Part shown: one piece after another, positions 58,514 to 64,000 of the stretch
Position numbering within the stretch: position 1 is the stretch's first letter
How the letters are laid out: every line of letters starts with the position of its first letter
Origin: an uncultured archaeon
GTDB taxonomy: Archaea; Thermoplasmatota; Thermoplasmata; Thermoplasmatales; Thermoplasmataceae
Reading direction: 5' to 3'
Length of the DNA stretch: 64,000 bases
Assembly: GCA_000965745.1 (NCBI GenBank)
Contig: CP009479.1
Coordinates: 544,001-608,000, forward strand
The notes under the pieces: model-generated
What the model saw: only the letters and a program-made list of their open reading frames with translations
Database searches by the model: none
What the model was told of the DNA's origin: nothing
Made by a program: the position numbers and the translations under genes

Positions 58514-59803
58514 ATGACCATGCAGCCGAAGTATCAGGAACTGCTTCTTGATGATGATTTACGAAGATGGTACGAGAACCTCAGGGCAAAGTCAGTTCTC
58601 ACGGCAACAGTGGCATTGAGAAATCTGGGCCACTATTGCGAGCTTACAAACACGAATCCAAAAGAAATACTGGTCAAAGCAAAAGGCAACGAGAAAGATT
58701 TCCGTTATGAATTCACAGATTTTGTAAGGATGATGGAGAAGGAAGGCAAAGCAGGATCATACATAGCGAGATTCAAGAAGGTCATTCTCTCCTGGCTGAA
58801 GTTTAACGGTATCGGTTTGCAGTTAACCGTTAACATATCTGGGGAAAACGAAACACCGACGATAGTTAACGAAAGAGTGCCTAGCAAGGAAGAATTAGCC
58901 AGAATCCTCAGGAAAGCCACTTCGAGAGGGAGGGTTGCCGTTGCCATTATGGCATTCTCCGGTCTCAGGCCTGAGTCCTTAGGAGACTATGAGGGCACCG
59001 ATGGCTTAAGGCTTGGAGATATCAAGGACCTGAGGATATCGGAGGAAATCCAGTTCGATAAGACACCTGCAATGATTGTGGTCAAGAACAAGCTGAGCAA
59101 GGCAAGACACCAATATTTCTCTTTCATAGAAGAGGAAGGCGCCACTTATATCAAGGAATATCTGGAAGAACGTAGAAAGCAGGGGGAGGAGCTAACTTAT
59201 GAGTCTCCATTACTGCAATTCGATGTTCGCGGAGTGAAAAAGAACGATTTCCTCCGAACCACTCTCGTTACAAGAGATATACGAGAAGCGATAGAGAACT
59301 CAGGCCTGAAGATGCGCCCATATGTCCTGAGAGCATATTTCAGTACGGCTCTTGACATTGCAGAAGCCAAGGGCCTCATATCTCATCCCTGGAGGCAGTT
59401 CATAATGGGCCACAAAGGAGACATTGAGGCTAGATACAGCACCAACAAGCGCCTGCCTCCAGATGTCATAGAGGAAATGAGGGAGGCATACAGGAAGAGC
59501 ACCAAGTTCCTTGAGACCAGATACAGCGAACTTGAGGAGGACAAGGCCAGAATGTACCTGCAGCAGCAGTTGCTATCAGCAGTGGGCTACAAACCGGAAG
59601 AAATTGACAAGATGGATCTCACTAAGATAAGCAACGATGATTTCCAGAAGCTCCTCCGGGACAAGGTGGCAGGAGCCATGGCAAGCAACGGCTCGAAGCA
59701 GAGGCTCGTTCCAATGAACGAGATTGAGAAGCTCCTGAGCGAAGGGTACGAGTTCCAGGCAGTCCTGCCCAACGGAAAGGCAGTTATGAAATTACCTTTT
59801 TAG
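58514..59803 (+). CDS. tyrosine recombinase/integrase
   Basis: FSGLRP (R), LSK (K), YVLR (H/YxxR), MGH, ARYS (Y). Confidence 0.92.
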   Translation: MTMQPKYQELLLDDDLRRWYENLRAKSVLTATVALRNLGHYCELTNTNPKEILVKAKGNEKDFRYEFTDFVRMMEKEGKAGSYIARFKKVILSWLKFNGIGLQLTVNISGENETPTIVNERVPSKEELARILRKATSRGRVAVAIMAFSGLRPESLGDYEGTDGLRLGDIKDLRISEEIQFDKTPAMIVVKNKLSKARHQYFSFIEEEGATYIKEYLEERRKQGEELTYESPLLQFDVRGVKKNDFLRTTLVTRDIREAIENSGLKMRPYVLRAYFSTALDIAEAKGLISHPWRQFIMGHKGDIEARYSTNKRLPPDVIEEMREAYRKSTKFLETRYSELEEDKARMYLQQQLLSAVGYKPEEIDKMDLTKISNDDFQKLLRDKVAGAMASNGSKQRLVPMNEIEKLLSEGYEFQAVLPNGKAVMKLPF

Positions 59804-59826
59804 AGCAATAAAGCATCCGATGATAA

Positions 59827-60375
59827 GTGGACCTTAACGACGCCCCGTATAAGTTCATTATTCCCAGTTGCCCTGGCTGCGAGATGGTTTCAAACCGGAT
59901 AAGGGAACAGCAGGCACCAGTGATGGTGAAAGACCTCTACGCATACTTCGAGAACGGGGAAAGAAGACATTCGCCCGAATACATGACCCATAAGGCAGTG
60001 AATACGCATCTCACCCATCTTAAGAGGTCCGGATACCTCAAACGGGCATACGATGAGGAGAAGAAAGGTGTTGTGCTATCAATCTACGAGGCAAAGGTCT
60101 ATCTCGACATGTATCGCAGGGGTATACATTTTAAGGATGAAGCCGAAAACACAGACTTTGAGGAGGATATGAAATTCATATCCAACAGCCTCAAACAATC
60201 GGACAAGATCATTTTTGACAAAGCGAGAAAATGCGTGTGCGGAAAAGTCTACAAACCAAAGATGGACGTGATAGAGCCCATCAACGCAGGCAAGCAGGTC
60301 ATTCTGTTATTCTCGTTCAAATGCCCTGACTGCGGCCATGAAAGGTCATTTTCACTAATAGTATATAAACCCTAA
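59827..60375 (+). CDS. hypothetical protein with winged-helix-like and Zn-ribbon motifs
   Basis: CPGC; AVNTHLTHLKRSGYLKR; KCVCG...CPDCG. Confidence 0.7.
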   Translation: MDLNDAPYKFIIPSCPGCEMVSNRIREQQAPVMVKDLYAYFENGERRHSPEYMTHKAVNTHLTHLKRSGYLKRAYDEEKKGVVLSIYEAKVYLDMYRRGIHFKDEAENTDFEEDMKFISNSLKQSDKIIFDKARKCVCGKVYKPKMDVIEPINAGKQVILLFSFKCPDCGHERSFSLIVYKP

Positions 60376-60410
60376 ACGATACAAGTATACTCCCTGCATA
60401 TACTTATTTG

Positions 60411-60602
60411 ATGTCTACCCAACAGGACGGTAAGATCGACTTGTCCAACCTGAAGAGAGATTTTGCAAGTCGTTTTCCGGATAGTCCGCTTACGCCTGTA
60501 CTTCTGTCGGAACCGGATACGCTTAGTTTCGGGGACATGTTGGCAAAAGCCGGTACATGGCTGGTTCTGCTGGGGAACGACAAAAGGAGTAAAGAAATAT
60601 GA
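60411..60602 (+). CDS. small hypothetical protein
   Basis: MSTQQDGK...; ATGA overlap with the next gene. Confidence 0.6.
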   Translation: MSTQQDGKIDLSNLKRDFASRFPDSPLTPVLLSEPDTLSFGDMLAKAGTWLVLLGNDKRSKEI

Positions 60603-60952
60603 GGAGAGTAAGAGTGAGACCGATTTCGGAAGAGGCAGAATATGTTGGCTCACAGCCTGAGATTGTGCAATACGAGATTGAAAATCCACAGAAGAAAGGC
60701 ACCATAGAGAGATTGCAGGAAACGGTTATCGATAACACGGTTAACCGTTACGAGCTTGAAGACCGGAGGCAAATAGCAGCCATACGAGAGTTTATGGAGC
60801 GGAATCCCGACATAAGCTACGTGGAATACGAATCAAATCCGGTTCTGAGGATGGACCTAGTGATAACGAGGCGCGGCCTGATCTTCAAGCGCGAAGAAGC
60901 ATCAATATCCGCAACGCTGACTCCGAACAGAAGATTCAGGGCACAGAGGTGA
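60599..60952 (+). CDS. hypothetical protein
   Basis: 117-aa ORF with GGAG upstream; coupled in an operon. Confidence 0.7.
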   Translation: MRRVRVRPISEEAEYVGSQPEIVQYEIENPQKKGTIERLQETVIDNTVNRYELEDRRQIAAIREFMERNPDISYVEYESNPVLRMDLVITRRGLIFKREEASISATLTPNRRFRAQR

Positions 60953-60955
60953 ATC

Positions 60956-61360
60956 ATGGACGAGGATGTTCTGACATTTGGATTCCTGATCACCTCATTA
61001 GCGGTGTTCATAACCGGTCTGGTATGGCAGGGCCTCTGGCCCTTCTTGTTTGCCATGACAATGTCAGGAAACTTGCTCTATGAGATAATAGGAGTGTCAG
61101 GCTTTTTTCTGACATTCATCGGAGCTCTTGTCCTGCTATATTGCGCGCTTATCCTTATCGTGTACGTCATATTTTTTGCAGTCATATTCGGCATACCTGC
61201 GTACCTGGTATATCTTGCCCTTGGCATTGAGAACAGCATAATTCTCGCTGTAATTGTTGGCGTTATCATCCTCATTTACCTGATAGAAACCCGCACAGTA
61301 AAGGTGGAACACTACACAGTAACGCTGAACCTTCACAAACGATATGTTGTAAAAAGGTAG
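60956..61360 (+). CDS. small multi-pass membrane protein
   Basis: 3-4 hydrophobic segments; GAGGTGA Shine-Dalgarno. Confidence 0.75.
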   Translation: MDEDVLTFGFLITSLAVFITGLVWQGLWPFLFAMTMSGNLLYEIIGVSGFFLTFIGALVLLYCALILIVYVIFFAVIFGIPAYLVYLALGIENSIILAVIVGVIILIYLIETRTVKVEHYTVTLNLHKRYVVKR

Positions 61361-61366
61361 CGGGAT

Positions 61367-63145
61367 ATGAATAAATATTTGGAAAGCCAGAATACGATTA
61401 TGAGGGAATATGGCTTTTCTGAGCTCATAAACGCAAGGCGCGTATTATCGAAGCCACTCATAGAGCTACCTCTTAGGAATGAGCAGAGGCTATTCTATGA
61501 CCTCTCAAGAAGGCTGAGAAGATTTGCAGGCCACACAGCCCTTGCATACAACATCATACCCGATGTGGAAAGAGGAAAGTTCAGGAGAGAAGAATGCTCG
61601 CCCAAAGCAGCATCCCTCAGAGACTATGTGCTTCATAAGGGAAACAGAAATGTATCAATTACCGGTGTGTCGGGTCAGGGGAAGAGCTATCTGACCACTC
61701 ACCTGATTTCGATTTTCAAGGACAAGGAGATAATCATATTCTCCTTCAAGCCCAATGACCATGAATTGCATCTTGGAATCCCAGTAGTGGATGCAAAGGA
61801 GTGCCTGCCCAATCCCTTCAAGGATGTGAACGCCTTCTCCGAGGCTTATATGACCGCCTTCTTCGGCGAGAAGACCTCATCCGGCATACAGCTTCAACAG
61901 ACTCCGGGATTCTTGCAGGAGATCGCCTCAGAGAGCAGCAGCTGGAAGGATTTTATGCTGAAACTGAGCGAGAGAAAGAGATCCGCATCCAAGAATCAGG
62001 TGGAGGCTCTGAACGCAATTGAGCAGAACGTAAAGAGCCTGATCATTGCCGATATGGGGAGCGTGGTCCTGGATAATGGAAGCATTGTCTTTGACTTCTC
62101 ATCTCTCCCGACTAAACAGGCCCAGAATTTCTATGCTGAACTGATGCTGAGGCAGATATACAGGGAAATGGAGGAGCGCAAGAGAAACGGCGTTCTTATC
62201 CTGATAGACGAAGCCCATCGACTGACTAAGTCCTACCATACAATCCTCGATGTCATGTCCAGGGAGATAAGGGACAAGGGAATGCTCTGGATAATCACAC
62301 AGAACCTCATTGACATATTGCCGGAAATGAGAGCGAATTTCGGTACAAAGTTCACCTTCAGGCTTGGTGATGCCGATCTTAACCTTCTATCGTATAACCC
62401 CCTTATGAGATATGCCGTTGAGATACTACAGCCAAGGCAGTTCATAGACATAGAGTTCCCAGAAGGCTCATCGTTCTCCCCCGTGTTCACATACGTTTCA
62501 AACGGTTTGGAGCACAAGGAAACACAAAAGGTCGCCGCGGCGGTATCTGAACCAAAGAGGGAAGTGGGAGTCGGAGGGAGAGGGGAGGAGATAGACTACA
62601 GGAGGGAGGCCCTGGAGATACTCAACGAGAGGATGTCCTATGCAACGGAAATGGGAAAGATAATCGCTGAGAAGTATGGAATTACGAAGGATCAGGCAAA
62701 GCTGAAGCTCAAATCCGTACTGGAAGAGCTGAAGAATAACAACGAAGTCGGCAGGGTGAAGTATCTCAGAAATGGAAAGCCAATAGTGATGTATTACTCA
62801 AAGAGCCCTAACCTCACCAACCTGCACACAGGAATGCAGAGCCAGGCTGTCGACATGCTCATGGACCTTGGTGTCAGCATCAACAGAATATCGACAACGG
62901 GCGAGAGAAACGCCTTCGACATAGAGACAGACTTCTTCATGGTGGAGATTGAAACAGGCCTCAAGCACAGTATGGAGGACTTGAAGGATAGGATAGAAAG
63001 CACGAACCTTAGAGTCATAGTAATCGTCCCCAATAGGGAGCTTATGGACAGGTATCACGATCTCGGAGAAAGAGTAGTCGTCACGACAATTGACTCCCTT
63101 GGAGAGGTGCTAACAGAGTCTGAGAAGGACCTCAATCCTGAATGA
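61367..63145 (+). CDS. HerA/FtsK/VirB4-like ATPase with a C-terminal nuclease-like extension
   Basis: Walker A TGVSGQGKS, Walker B LILIDEAH, ITQ sensor; FDIETDFFMVEIETG near the C-terminus. Confidence 0.82.
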   Translation: MNKYLESQNTIMREYGFSELINARRVLSKPLIELPLRNEQRLFYDLSRRLRRFAGHTALAYNIIPDVERGKFRREECSPKAASLRDYVLHKGNRNVSITGVSGQGKSYLTTHLISIFKDKEIIIFSFKPNDHELHLGIPVVDAKECLPNPFKDVNAFSEAYMTAFFGEKTSSGIQLQQTPGFLQEIASESSSWKDFMLKLSERKRSASKNQVEALNAIEQNVKSLIIADMGSVVLDNGSIVFDFSSLPTKQAQNFYAELMLRQIYREMEERKRNGVLILIDEAHRLTKSYHTILDVMSREIRDKGMLWIITQNLIDILPEMRANFGTKFTFRLGDADLNLLSYNPLMRYAVEILQPRQFIDIEFPEGSSFSPVFTYVSNGLEHKETQKVAAAVSEPKREVGVGGRGEEIDYRREALEILNERMSYATEMGKIIAEKYGITKDQAKLKLKSVLEELKNNNEVGRVKYLRNGKPIVMYYSKSPNLTNLHTGMQSQAVDMLMDLGVSINRISTTGERNAFDIETDFFMVEIETGLKHSMEDLKDRIESTNLRVIVIVPNRELMDRYHDLGERVVVTTIDSLGEVLTESEKDLNPE

Positions 63146-63352
63146 ACATTGATAAAAGGCGTATATAGAAACGTTTTTAATACCTACCAGAGCACTCTGA
63201 GTGGGTGTATAACAATGGAAGGCGGAGGTTACAGCGGTTGAAAATAAGAATTCCGAGTTGACGAATTGCCAGGAAGGCGGAGGCATATCAGGATAGAAAC
63301 ACCAGGCTTGATGTCAACGCTTGGCTACAATTTTTGCTTTATATTGCCAGCG

Positions 63353-64000
63353 CTAGTTAATCACCTCTGACAACTCTGTGCTCGATCTCTCTCCCCTAAA
63401 GCCTACATTTTCACTTTCCTTCTTATTGTCATATATCACTTTCTCAACCCATTCTTCCTTGTATTCTTCAACTAACAGTTTATACTGATTCGTGTAAGTG
63501 TAGTCGAACAGCCTGTAAGGTATAGTTCCAACGAGCACCTCTTCAATCTTGAGCGGTTTGATTTCGTAGCCGGAAAGATTCTCTTCCATTGTGTTAGCAA
63601 TTTCCCCAATTCCACCGTCGCGGCTAATTATGTTGTAGTTATATGCCGGCACAATGTAGAAAATACCGACAGGAGAGGCGATATCACCGATTAAGGTGTA
63701 CTTTGATGTCGGATTATCGGAGCCTCCAAGGATGTCTCTCAATAGACGATCTCTCTTTGCTCTGATTTCTTCCTGGTTAACCACTGTTGAGAAAAGGATA
63801 TCGGAATGCAGCGGCAGATCCTGAATTGCTGTAATGCGCTTTATTACACCTCTATCGTGTAGCCTGGTGTACGCGTAATCAGACAGACCGTTATCAAATC
63901 CGTATTTCTTATCTATCTCGGACAGGTTGATGCTTCCGTCGATGCACAATTCCTTCAGTACTGCCCATTCTCTCTTGAATATCTGGTCCTCGTCGGGCCT
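63353..64000 (-). CDS. 5'-truncated protein with an Lrp/AsnC-like helix-turn-helix
   Basis: Frame is open to the window edge; VLKELCIDGSINLSEIDKKYG..YAYTRLHDRGVIKRIT. Confidence 0.6.
   Translation of the reverse strand, partial: RPDEDQIFKREWAVLKELCIDGSINLSEIDKKYGFDNGLSDYAYTRLHDRGVIKRITAIQDLPLHSDILFSTVVNQEEIRAKRDRLLRDILGGSDNPTSKYTLIGDIASPVGIFYIVPAYNYNIISRDGGIGEIANTMEENLSGYEIKPLKIEEVLVGTIPYRLFDYTYTNQYKLLVEEYKEEWVEKVIYDNKKESENVGFRGERSSTELSEVIN

Larger units (their letters stand above)
58465..64000. mobile_element. integrative element/provirus at tRNA-Ala, left portion only
   Basis: Integrase about 50 nt after the tRNA 3' end, followed by tightly packed ORFans and a HerA/VirB4-like ATPase; no second att site in the window. 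Confidence 0.75.

Noticed and set aside
1-64000. CRISPR array or rRNA genes
   Set aside because: No regularly spaced repeats or rRNA-like sequence were seen; almost all space is accounted for by CDSs.

Overview
Chromosomal segment of an archaeon, most likely Thermoplasmatales (inferred from the A-type ATP synthase gene order K-E-C-F-A-B-D-H-I, the ipk-fni-ZPR1 cluster, tgtA, ABCE1 and a geranylgeranyl reductase). In order it contains: an acyl-CoA catabolic island (about 0.8-16 kb) with an orphan molybdo-hydroxylase large subunit; a dsrE-tusA-sqr sulfur operon; an intact IS110-family element; housekeeping genes; an intact M18 aminopeptidase homologue that has lost its metal ligands; a flavoprotein reductase pseudogene; a TasA-like secreted protein; the ATP synthase operon; and the left part of an element integrated at tRNA-Ala(UGC), which runs off the window. 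The best candidate for an undescribed system is the 5' non-coding end of the IS110. It folds like a bridge RNA, and one 12-nt internal loop matches the actual insertion-site flank at 11/12 positions. The ATP synthase operon also holds a 526-aa intein in subunit A and a 57-aa membrane ORF missing from the ORF track. All family assignments come from motif recognition by eye; no searches were run.
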